From Curvularia clavata (taxonomy: Eukaryota), in the NCBI GenBank assembly GCA_023920165.1, contig CP089277.1, forward strand, positions 4,278,001-4,342,000: 64,000 nt of DNA. Reading direction: 5' to 3'. Shown piece by piece: positions 22,289 to 32,730 of the stretch. Both the position numbers and the translations under genes were made by a program. The notes beneath the pieces are model-generated. The model was given only the letters and a program-made list of their open reading frames with translations. It did not search any database and had not been told where the DNA came from. Numbering within the stretch: the first letter of the stretch is position 1; every line of letters begins with the position of its first letter.

Positions 22289-25279
22289 TCAAGATGGGAA
22301 AGCTGCTAATCTGCCGCTCAAACAGGCGCGAAGCGACTGAATGCTAGCCTTAAGCGCCTGGCGCTCTTCAGCTGCAGTGTGTGATGGCGACGACTGGTTA
22401 ATGTGGTTATTCTCATTCAACCACTGCTCCAGCGCATCGATGAGACTTGAAAGCTGAAATGCGACAGGCTGAACAGTGCCTGCCTGGTGTCGTGCAATCC
22501 AGAGCAGCTCGTCTAAGATCTCAGGGATGGCGCATTCGTCCCACAGCATACCGCCTTCCATCAAGCAGGGTTCTGGTGTGAAGCTGGCATGTATGGCCCG
22601 CAGGCCAGGCGGAATGAACAGAACATCGTCTTCCTCTAGGGCGATCAAGCGCCCTTTGCCTCGAGGCGACCATTTGCATCCTTCATCTGCGAAGCGCCGC
22701 CAGTCCTCTGCATCCAGGTCTGCAGCGATGGCATAAATCTTGAGACCATCGAGGCAACGCACCCAACTCCCGCCAAAGAGATTGGCATGTGAGCTTGAAA
22801 ATGCGTCGGCAAAGCTGAGCACGTCGAATCCGAGGAGGCTCTCGAGATTGCTAGATGGAGAATGTTCGGTCCTGCCAATTGTGCCTGCGACGCGAGATGC
22901 GAGTGTCGAGAGCAGCTGGAAGCGCTCGAGTCGGGTCAAGAGCGGCTCATCTGCGCGAGCCAGACAGCGAAGGTTAACAGCATTGCTCACGGAGGCAGTA
23001 TTGTCAGACAGACTCGTGCCAGCCTCCGTAACAGTCAAAGCCGTAGAGCAATACTCGGCCATGCTCATCGATCGACTAATGCCTGTAATGCTGTCTTGAA
23101 CCTCAATATGCTGCTCCGGAAAGCGCTGCCACAGCATATCCACGTATCTGTCAACCTCATACATACCGCTGTCCTGGAACTTTTGCTTGATAACAACAGG
23201 CCGCCGGAAAACGTGGTTGCTGTCAGCATACTGGTGGAATGTGTCCCAGTCCAGACACCAAATGTCAGCGCTGTCTGATGATGCGGAGGAAGTGGCGCCC
23301 ATGTGATATTCTGGCTCCACGTAGACACTGGCCCATCGTTGTGGACTTAACCAGTCAAGCTGCAGTTGAGCGTAGTGTCTGACGTCAGGTGTTGAGTTGA
23401 GCTGGCTCAGTACTTGAGTGAGTTGGTGAGTTCTGATATCGAGATGGGCTTGCAGATTTTGAAGCGGAGTGGGTGACTGGAGTGAGTCGCTGTCGTCGCT
23501 ATCGCTTGATCGCGACAAGGTAGGAGCCATTGTGTTCACACTCTCTCTTTGATGAATTGAGTGCGTTGATTGTAACTCCACTGTCCTCTCCACGCTCGTA
23601 CCCGTTCGCGATGCACGCAGGGCACCTTCTTGGCTGTGCGCTTTTGGTCCCGCGTTCTCTACCTCTCGATTCGTATTCGTATTTCCCGCCTGATCTAGAG
23701 CTGCTTTGTCCTGCACTTGCTCCTCATTTGTTTTGGTATTCTCTGCTTCTTTTTCTCTGCGTCCTCCTTCCTCCCCCGCCCTGTGCTTTGGCGTTCCCGG
23801 GCCCGCCACTCCTGCAACAACATCTTCACCATCCGAAATTTCTTCGTGATTTCTTTGCGCCTCCAGGGCATGTACGTCCAGCATCTCCTCCAGCTGGCTG
23901 TCAACATCCATATCCGTCTCCATACCCTTCCCCAAGTCCCTCGCTCTCCTGTCCCGCTGTGACTGTACTTCTCCTGCCCGCTCTTCGTTGATCTGCTTGT
24001 CCTGTTCTCTTACCATACAGTGACTGCGCCTCATAACCACACGCCCTATCCCTATACCATCGGTACGATTGTGTGCCGTCCCAAGCTCACTGCTTATGGC
24101 GGATGTTATCTCAACTTCAGGATGCGCATGTTCCACATCTTGGTCTGGCGTTTCCCCCCGAGCGCTCCCTCCTCCCACGGCTATTGTTTGGAGAAATAGA
24201 TTGCAGTCAGAGACTTCGTTGAGGGGCTCGTTGCTGTGTTCGTTGTGAATATGCCTCGTATGAAGACTCTCGGCTGCTGTGTCTAGCTCTGGCTGTATGG
24301 ACTGGGACAGTTTGTTACTACGAATGGGCGCAGTACTTGCTTTCTCGCCGTCAGCGTCGCGTTGTTGGCAAGCCTGGACATGACTCAATGAACCTGGAAA
24401 CATCAGACGAAGCGGCTCTGCTGCTGACAATTTGATGTGCTTCGCTGGCCGAGGGGACACATCGACAACGTCTTCATCATTGTCATCGTTTCCATCAGGG
24501 TCGTAGGGGCCGACCGAGGGTACGACCATACCATAGCGATCTCGCTTCAAACCGAGTGTGTTGATCGGAGTCCCATTCATGCCCTGCGCCGCTTCCTTGA
24601 CCGCCTGACGTGCCGCAGCCGAAGTGGCGTTGGCACGAGCCCAGTCGAGAGCAGCCACGATGTCGGTACGCTCAACAGGTGAGCGCGAGTCCTGAACTTT
24701 GGAAGCGGCAGAGTGTTCACCGATTCGGAGGGCCTTGTTGTTGCCATGCAGCACACGCAGTTCGTGGCGCACCAGCATCCTGGAATTCAGCAGCTCAACG
24801 GCGTCGTCCCAGCTAGGTATCAGCACGGCAAGGTCGTGCACCTGACGCAGCAGCGGCAGCGGCAGGACATGCCAGCCGTAGTACTCGAAGCATCGAGGCC
24901 CCCAGGCGGCAATGATGCCCGACTGATGTTGCAAACGCTGGCTCTCGCGGTCACGCATGTTCTTGCCTCGCTGCGCCAGGCGGTCAAAGTCGCCCCAGCG
25001 CTCGCGCTCGGCACCTGCATCGTTACGGCCGGCGTTGGGGCCCAGGACGGAGAGGAAGGCAGCAGCAATGTTGGCCGTAAACTTGTCGTTGGCGAGGATC
25101 TTGTCGCGATAGACTTTCTGGAGCTGGCTACGTTCATGCGCGCTGCAACAGGTGCGGGCATCTCGATGGAAGCTGGCGGCGAAGTTGATGGCCGCTGCGG
25201 CCAAGGCGGGAGACGAGATGGCATGCGCTGAGAGGATATCGGAACTCGTGACCGCGGCATGGCGCTCTTGTAACGCCAT
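22289..25279 (-). CDS. kk1D: ~996-aa protein of unknown function: low-complexity charged middle and C-terminal JmjC/cupin-like domain with atypical metal motif
   Basis: Single long ORF with ATG at 25279 (MALQERH). C-terminus FRRPVVIK...FSSSHANLFGGSWVRCLDGLKIY...LEEDDVLFIPPGLRAIHASFTPEPCLMEGGMLWD follows the JmjC double-stranded beta-helix pattern. Symbol assigned by position in the cluster. Confidence 0.75.
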   Translation of the reverse strand: MALQERHAAVTSSDILSAHAISSPALAAAAINFAASFHRDARTCCSAHERSQLQKVYRDKILANDKFTANIAAAFLSVLGPNAGRNDAGAERERWGDFDRLAQRGKNMRDRESQRLQHQSGIIAAWGPRCFEYYGWHVLPLPLLRQVHDLAVLIPSWDDAVELLNSRMLVRHELRVLHGNNKALRIGEHSAASKVQDSRSPVERTDIVAALDWARANATSAAARQAVKEAAQGMNGTPINTLGLKRDRYGMVVPSVGPYDPDGNDDNDEDVVDVSPRPAKHIKLSAAEPLRLMFPGSLSHVQACQQRDADGEKASTAPIRSNKLSQSIQPELDTAAESLHTRHIHNEHSNEPLNEVSDCNLFLQTIAVGGGSARGETPDQDVEHAHPEVEITSAISSELGTAHNRTDGIGIGRVVMRRSHCMVREQDKQINEERAGEVQSQRDRRARDLGKGMETDMDVDSQLEEMLDVHALEAQRNHEEISDGEDVVAGVAGPGTPKHRAGEEGGRREKEAENTKTNEEQVQDKAALDQAGNTNTNREVENAGPKAHSQEGALRASRTGTSVERTVELQSTHSIHQRESVNTMAPTLSRSSDSDDSDSLQSPTPLQNLQAHLDIRTHQLTQVLSQLNSTPDVRHYAQLQLDWLSPQRWASVYVEPEYHMGATSSASSDSADIWCLDWDTFHQYADSNHVFRRPVVIKQKFQDSGMYEVDRYVDMLWQRFPEQHIEVQDSITGISRSMSMAEYCSTALTVTEAGTSLSDNTASVSNAVNLRCLARADEPLLTRLERFQLLSTLASRVAGTIGRTEHSPSSNLESLLGFDVLSFADAFSSSHANLFGGSWVRCLDGLKIYAIAADLDAEDWRRFADEGCKWSPRGKGRLIALEEDDVLFIPPGLRAIHASFTPEPCLMEGGMLWDECAIPEILDELLWIARHQAGTVQPVAFQLSSLIDALEQWLNENNHINQSSPSHTAAEERQALKASIQSLRACLSGRLAAFPS

Positions 25280-26690
25280 GTTGATTATCCGTGGCGGAAG
25301 AACCGAGAGCGAGAGCGATAGGCGCAATCGTGGTAATTACAAATGGCATACGAGTAAGAGGACGGAAGGAGGCTTATTAGCGCGAGAGTCCCAGTTCGGC
25401 CCGTGTCTAACGCATCAGCTTTAGTTTTACAAAAAAGGGTTTGTGTAAGGACGTTATTGGCGAAGGATGCTGCAGTACAGGCACGCGGGCGGCGAGAGCG
25501 GCAACCAGCAACAATTTCCAATAAGGCAGGTAACAAACAATATAACTTATAGTTGGGACAGTAATTGTACTTCTGAGAAAAATTTTGCTTGATAAAGTGC
25601 TTGCTATGAGTATAATGAATTTAAAAGCGAATTGATGGTTGTTACGATCACTCAAAGGAACTCCTACGATATTCAAAACGCTGACCCGATGGCAGTCAGC
25701 AGTCACGTGATTACTTAGTGCTCTTGGCACAACTGAGCAACACTGAGCAGCACGACACTCATTAGTATATAATCTTGGGCAATGAGCTCCTACACCCCAT
25801 TGTTTTCAACTTCGTCAATCAACCTCGTATCTAGTCTAAGGATTAGTACTTGACTCTCAACTTCTCGTGTTATTACATCGATCTACCAATCGTGCTAACA
25901 CAGCCCATCTGTCCATCGCACTCATTCATTCCCGAGAATCAGCCCCTAGGTCGTCTAAGGATAAACCTCACAATGGGACCCTTCAAATTTCAAAACTAGC
26001 CGCTTTTCCCAAAGTCCTATCAACTTACGAATTATTTCTAACTTATTTCCTTTGCTTTCTATTCACTAATCAATTTCTCATGAAGTGTGATCAGAATTTA
26101 GATTCACGGTAACAACACAAGGCCCAATGTAGATTTTGGCCACAATAGAGCTAAATTGTAGGCCTAAGAAGTGTAGAAAGTGAGGAGAAGCAGAATTCCT
26201 CTTACTTTGCCTTCTAGAGTAGAGTGTAGGCTAAAATTGGTGGGCAGAATCTCCATTGAAAGCATCAAACGTAGCCAAAACTACCGGGAAGTGTGATAGG
26301 CTGGAGCCCAGTAGGTTAATTCTCGATGAAATCCCGGTCACGTGCGTAAGCACATGGCTCGCGACTGTACGCGTCTGAACGACGCTCAGGCGAAACCCCT
26401 ATATCCCGGCCGAAGGTTAATCCGAGCTGTCACCGATTTACCTTCAGTACCCTACTAGTCCATAGCTCTTTTCTCTATCGGATACAATCTCTAGTACACC
26501 TGTGCAATAGCTCTCTGAGCGTAGCCTCTTACAGGAAGATGGCAACGAGGAGGAAGGAAAGTATGGTAAGGAAACGAGCACAAGACGTAGAACACAGCCG
26601 CTCAACTGACGAAACTAAATGCGTCAATGTTTTGTGATTTGGAAATCGTGACGCTCGATAAGGTGCAGATGCTTAAGTGCCAAACTGCGA

Positions 26691-28562
26691 TTAATAATCT
26701 ACTTCAAGCACATTCCTAATAAGCGTAAGCATGGCTGTTACCTTTTCCTCCTCCAACCTTCTACCAATCAATTGGAGGCCGACTAGGGCATTCTCGTGAT
26801 TCTCTGGCTTCTCATCTGGCATGCAGTCAGTCTCGATTATACAACATCACGAGTCCGTGTCACCTTACAGTAATCCATCGCCTCCTTATCTTTCACAGAC
26901 ATGGGCGTCCAGCTCGGCGGCACGGCGTCTTTCTCCAGATCGACCCGGGTGACTGGGAAAACGCCCGTGGTCAGATCTAGTAGGGCAGAGAGATCGCCAA
27001 AGTGCCATGGCCAGCCGCTGCCGTGACGGCTGGCCGGAAATGGCGTCGATGGCATGATCAGCCCATCGATAGGGCGACTCGTGCCCGTTCGCCCTTTGGT
27101 TGCTTGCCACTTCTCTAGGAACTTTTGCGCAAGCAACGCCTTCTTGTGCTGATTTTTCCATGTCTCACTTACGGTTGAGGCTTTGATTTGCGAGCTGTGG
27201 CCGAGCCAGTATTCTACTGTAGGTGGCAGGGGCTCGCCCGTGGCATCGGTGTCGCGCTGAAACTCGGCACCCCCATCCGCAGTGAACATCTTGTTCATGA
27301 TATCATTTACTTCTTTTCCTTCTGTGAGATTGAAGTTAATGACAGCATGCCCTGCTTGCTTTAACTTTTTCCTGGTTATGTCCATTGCACGACGCAATGG
27401 TGGTCGTCAACAAGTTAGTCTAGCCTGCGCAACGAGAAGTATGAGGAGTTCTTACGACGGGCCTACATGGCCATCACCTAGAGCAAAACCGAAACACAAC
27501 TTCTTCGGTAAGACCTCTTCCTCCGCCCGCCATGGGAGTGGCAGACTCTGGGGATCCCAAAGCCAGGGCTGCTGGGCAGCTAGACTCGACATGAACAAGC
27601 GAATATCTTCCGGCACACGGCACATGGGTCCAGCACATGATCTGACCGCTTCCTGTCCGAGCAAGGTGTTCTGCACATGTTGATATGACACTCTTCCGTG
27701 GGATGGTCTTAGCCCATACAGCCCGGTGAATGAGCATGGTATGCGAAGGCTGCCACCGATGTCTGTGCCCACACCGAGGAAGCTGGCACAGAACGTGACC
27801 AGTGCTGCTTCTCCGCCTGATGAGCCTCCTGTGGTCAACTCCCGATTGCGGGGGTTGAGTGTGCGTCCAAAGATGTTGTTGAATGACTCGCCCATCATTA
27901 GCGTGATAGGAACATTGGACTTGACATAGATGATTGCCCCAGCCTTGACCAGGAGCTTGACGAGAGTTGAGTCTGCCGTTGCTGGCTTGCTGGCATAGCT
28001 GCAGTAGCCGATGGTGGAGTCGAAGCCTGGCTTGTGAGTCAGCTGACATGACGTTCTTGCCGTGTAATTTTTTGCTGAGCTGATCGTTACCTTTGACATT
28101 GAACTGGTCTTTTAAGCTGTTCTGATGGTTAGCTGTTGGCTTCACGTGTTACTGAAGGCCGGAATACCTGATTGGTAATCCATGGAGTGGGCCTACGGTC
28201 TTTCCTTCTTTTTCAAAATACGCGTCAAGCTCCTTCGCTCTTGCTATAGCTTGATCAAAGCAGATCTCTGTTACACAATTCAACAATTGTTGAGCCACGA
28301 CAGCTCGCTTGCACACAGCAGTCGTGACCTCTACGGCCGTCCATTCGCCAGTGGAGATCTTGGCCGTTACATCCGATGCAGTCGCCGCTGTTAGTTGCAG
28401 CTCTCGATTGGTGAACATTCCCGATTTGGTTGGGAAGTCTTGAACAAAGGTTACTTCGGGAGCTGGATGCAACGACTTCGGAATTTTCCATTCTGAAGGG
28501 ATTTTGGATTCACGCTGCTGCTGTTTCTCCGATGCAACTGTCTTCCATGTGGGTTCAGTCAT
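26691..28562 (-). CDS. kk1C: Amidase-signature family enzyme (acetamidase/FAAH-like); exons ~28562-28168, 28116-28091, 28026-27456, 27404-26869, 26815-26691; intron 3 acceptor non-canonical
   Basis: GPLHGLPISLKD (catalytic Lys), KSNVP, GGSSGGEAA, GTDIGGSLRIP (Ser-cisSer), and C-terminal VGLQLIGRRLEEE. Includes a 26-nt micro-exon. The expected acceptor of intron 3 reads CG, not AG. Confidence 0.82.
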
Positions 28563-30139
28563 GGCGCCTGATCTTTGTTGTGGTTGTGTTTAGACGATGG
28601 CTGGTTACCAATGACTTACCTATGTCAGTTTGACTTGATACCCAGGCACTTATAATGCTTAGCTGTTTGGGCAATTTACCTAATCGTACCGAGCGCGGCA
28701 CTTCCACTCAAAGAAAAATTGGGACACGTTACAGTCACTAGCAATGCGGCTTCACCCTTGCAGGCAGTAACACCAACTCTTTGTTGATAGCTGACTACCT
28801 AGTTAAACTGTGTGTTTAGTGTCCTGTTCGGGCACTTTATGAGGAGTTAAGGTGATTATGTCATCTAAAGTGTTTGAATGATATTGTCACCCCGGTGCGA
28901 ACAGTTCTGACACCCCCGTGGCTCAACAGCTAGCGCTAAAACATTTACAGAAGGTGAGGCTAAGCAGCTGTTGTGTTGGGACGAAGACGCAATGCCTGCA
29001 GAAATTGACGTACATTGGCAAGAGGAGAGGAGAGTGCGATGCAGGAACAGAGCCTGCCAAACTCGTATGCGCGCCATCCTATCAACGATATTACTGTCCC
29101 ACGTGCAGCTTCAACTGGGGCCACATCGTCGAAATGATTCCACTCAGCTGCCGATGACATCGCCCAGATGATATTCAGCAATTCCCAGCATCCAACAACC
29201 ATTCTGGAGCCTAAATGCGGGTGTGCAAGTTATGTTGAGCAAGACCTGTTTAGCGGCCGACTGGGTAGAGCTGAGATTGAGTCGGCATCTTTTGAGTTTT
29301 CATTGAGAGGGTTGCGTACGGCTTCGCCGAGGGCGTGTAGATCCATCAGACTGGAGTAGGCCGGGATGCAGTCGACCAGGGCAAGGCGGTCAAATCGGGA
29401 AAGGGTTTTGCATCAGGCACGGGAGCTTTGACCATCGACTCCGGCGTGCTGGTCTGTGAGCTAAGAAATGCTCACTACTCGCCTCTCCGAACTTCCGCAT
29501 AGACGCCTGGCCCCCACCGTTCGAACTCAATTCTGGCTAGCGCTACTGTCATCGCTTTTAGTGCCAGCGGACAGCGTAACATGTCCACGGGCAAAGGGTG
29601 CGAATTTATCCGCTTTCCCATCTCGCAGCATGGAAACGAGGAGAGAGACGTGTATTGTCGTAGACCATCTGTTCACAAAATATTCTCTTCTGCGGTCATG
29701 ACGTGTCAGATATCCGAATGTATCTGATGTACGGGTGGCCTAATTCTAACAATTCACCATCGGTTGCATAGTACATGAAGTTTCATGGCAAAGTCTGACT
29801 AAAGATATGGTGAATTATTCTCCACAGATATGCTATGCTCGCCCACAGGATTTTGTGCAACAAAACCAACCAACCAAACCACTGTTCATTCTTCGGGAAA
29901 GGGCTGATCCTTAGGGAATTTGTCTGAGAAAGATCGCTCGTATTGTCAGCTTGATCAAACATCTTTTGATGTGGCAACATTCTTGGATTCCTTAGTAAAA
30001 CTTGTTTTACCCTCTTAACACCTTGCCACACCTCACGTTTCGATCCATAACGACAAAGAGCGATACACATCGAATAGAAGGTAGGTGACTAACTACGAAG
30101 ACAGCAGCCATCCTGGGATACTCCACGAATATTGTAACT

Positions 30140-32730
30140 ATGGCCAGCGACATCAATACTCATCCGGAGGGAGCGACCAAGTTTTGGCAACAACACTTTG
30201 ACGGCTTAAATGCCTCTGTGTTTCCTGCTCTGTCCTCCCATTTGACTGTCCCGCGTCCCAACGCGCAGACAGCACATCGCATTTCCTATTCAGCCTTGGC
30301 GAAGCAAAAATGGGAAAACACCAGCCTTTGCCGAGCTGCGCTCGCAATACTGCTTGCCCGCTATTCGAATGCATCTGAAGCACTCTTCGGCGTCTTGGTA
30401 GAACAGTCTCTCCAGTCCAACGGTGAACAGGCATCGACAGAGGAATCACCACAAAGCATCCTCCCCATCCGCATCCGACTTGACCTTGAGGAAGCTGGGT
30501 TGAGCCTTTTGCAAGCTATCAATACCCTAGATGCATCCCTGCGCGAGTACAAGCATATCGGTCTTGACGCCATTCGTGGCACGGGGGAGTACGGGTCTGC
30601 CGGATGCGAGTTCCAGACAGTACTTGCTGTCACTACTGGAAAGACGCCACGAACGCATAGACTCGCGTCTTGCACTGATCGCGCCCTTTTGCTCGATTGC
30701 CGAATGGACGACGATTCGGCCACACTTCTCGCACGCTATGATCCCAGTGTGATTGATGACCTCCAGGTCGCCCGTTTTGTAAAACAGCTCGGGCACGTGA
30801 TTGAGCAATTGCGTGTCCAGGCAGTCGATCTACCTCTCTGGGAACTTGATATTGTCACGCAAGAAGATAGCGCAGAGATTCAAAAATGGAACTCGCAGCA
30901 ACTCCAATTCAGCCAGGAATGCATACACGACGTGTTCGCCAACAGGGTGGCTGATACGCCGCAGAAAATCGCCATATCCGCCTGGAACGGCGAGCTAACG
31001 TTTGCTGAACTTGACAGCTTCTCCTCATGCCTCGCCCAGCACATCCAATCGCTTGACTTGGGCGATGCAAAAGCGATACCGCTTTGCTTCGAGAAGTCAA
31101 AATGGGCTATCGTCGGGATGCTCGGTGTGCTCAAGGCTGGCCGAGCATTCACACTGATTGACCCATCTAACCCGCCCGCTAGGGCTCGTCAAATCTGTCG
31201 ACAAACAGCCGCCACCATTTCCATCGCGTCTCCATACCAGTGCGATATGATGCGCGCCCTGGTGCCCGACTGCATCGTGGTCGACGACGACTTTTTCAAG
31301 TCATTGGCGTTTGATGCAGGTCAATTCCAGCCTACGGCAACGCCGCAGACATTGGCCTACATCCTCTTCACTTCTGGCAGTACCGGAGAGCCAAAAGGCA
31401 GTATGATGGAGCATCACGGATTTGTGTCTTGCTGTCTCAAATTTGGTGCGGCGCTGGGCATCAACAACAACACACGCGCTCTTCAATTTGCCTCTTATGC
31501 TTTCGGTGCTTGCCTGCTAGAGATTTTGACCACCCTAATGCACGGCGGCACGGTCTGCATCCCATCTGATGATGAACGCATAAATGATGCACCCGGGTTT
31601 ATCAGACGCGCAAACGTTAACTGGGCAATTCTCACTCCTTCTTTCATTGGCGCCATCCAGCCCACCACCGTGCCTAACCTCAAGACGCTGGTATTGGTGG
31701 GAGAAGCCATGCCGTCAGACATACGCGATGTCTGGGCCTCGCACGTTCAGCTTAAAAATGCCTATGGCCAGAGCGAGAGCGCAACGATCTGTAGCGTAAC
31801 GGAAGTCACTCCCGCGACGGTGGAGGCGCACAATATCGGTCACGCTGTGGGCGCCCGATTCTGGATTACCGACCCCAATAATCCCAACAAACTTGCGCCA
31901 ATCGGTTGCGTAGGCGAGCTGCTTGTTGAAAGCCCTGGCATCGCGCGTGGATATCTGATTCCTCTGCCAGCGGACGCAACACCTTTCATTGACACGCTTC
32001 CTGATTGGTACCCAAGGACGCAGCCGCTCGACAACTTCAAGTTCTACAGAACTGGCGATCTTGTCTGCTACCGATCCGACGGCACCGTGGTGTATCTGGG
32101 GCGACGAGACTCGCAGATTAAGATCCGAGGACAGCGCGTCGAAATCGGCGAAGTAGAAACATGCTTGCGACAACAGCTTCCCAGTCAACTGGTACCAGTT
32201 GTCGAAGCTGTCAGTCTGTCGGGCATGTCCAAGAGCATGACGCTGGTTGCCTTTCTGGTTGGCGAAAACACCATTCTCGAAGAGGACGTCTACGTTTTGG
32301 AGGGCAGTGCCGCGCAGCGCATTAGTTCGAAACTGCGACAGATTGTACCCGGGTACTGCATTCCGTCTCACTATATTCGCATCAACCATCTTCCCACCAC
32401 CGCTACTGGAAAGTGTGATCGGAAAGCACTTCGAGCCATCGGTACCAAATTGCTTAGGGAAGCCGTGGAGGGCATGGCGTCACAGGAGGAACAGGAGAGT
32501 GCTTCGTTGACGACCGAAGGGATTACACTGGAACGCATCTGGTTCCAGAGCCTGGGTCTCAAGCCCAACTCCACGAGACAAAAATCTAACTTCTTCAATC
32601 TGGGCGGCGACTCCATTGCGGCAATCCGGATGGTGAACATGGCACGGGCAGCAGGCTTGTTGCTGAGCATCTCGGACATCTTTCAGAACCCGTCACTGGC
32701 GGGGCTCATGAATGTGATGCAGCAGAGCTC
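30140..32730 (+). other. NRPS module 1: truncated N-terminal C, hydroxy-acid-type A, T (predicted D-lactate)
   Basis: The N-terminal C fragment lacks HHxxxDG. The A4 region reads FASYAFGACLLE, with Gly at 31505 in place of the amine-binding Asp. T motif GGDS at 32603. Confidence 0.85.

Noticed and set aside
28865..29700. Coding-looking patch in the amidase-NRPS intergenic region, or an upstream NRPS exon
   Set aside because: Stops in all frames and no C-domain motifs; cannot be assigned.
5541..29998. Yap/AP-1-like TTA(G/C)TAA sites at 5541, 16241 and 29992 as a cluster regulon motif
   Set aside because: About three hits is roughly the chance expectation for this much AT-rich intergenic DNA, and I did not see the site upstream of the other genes.
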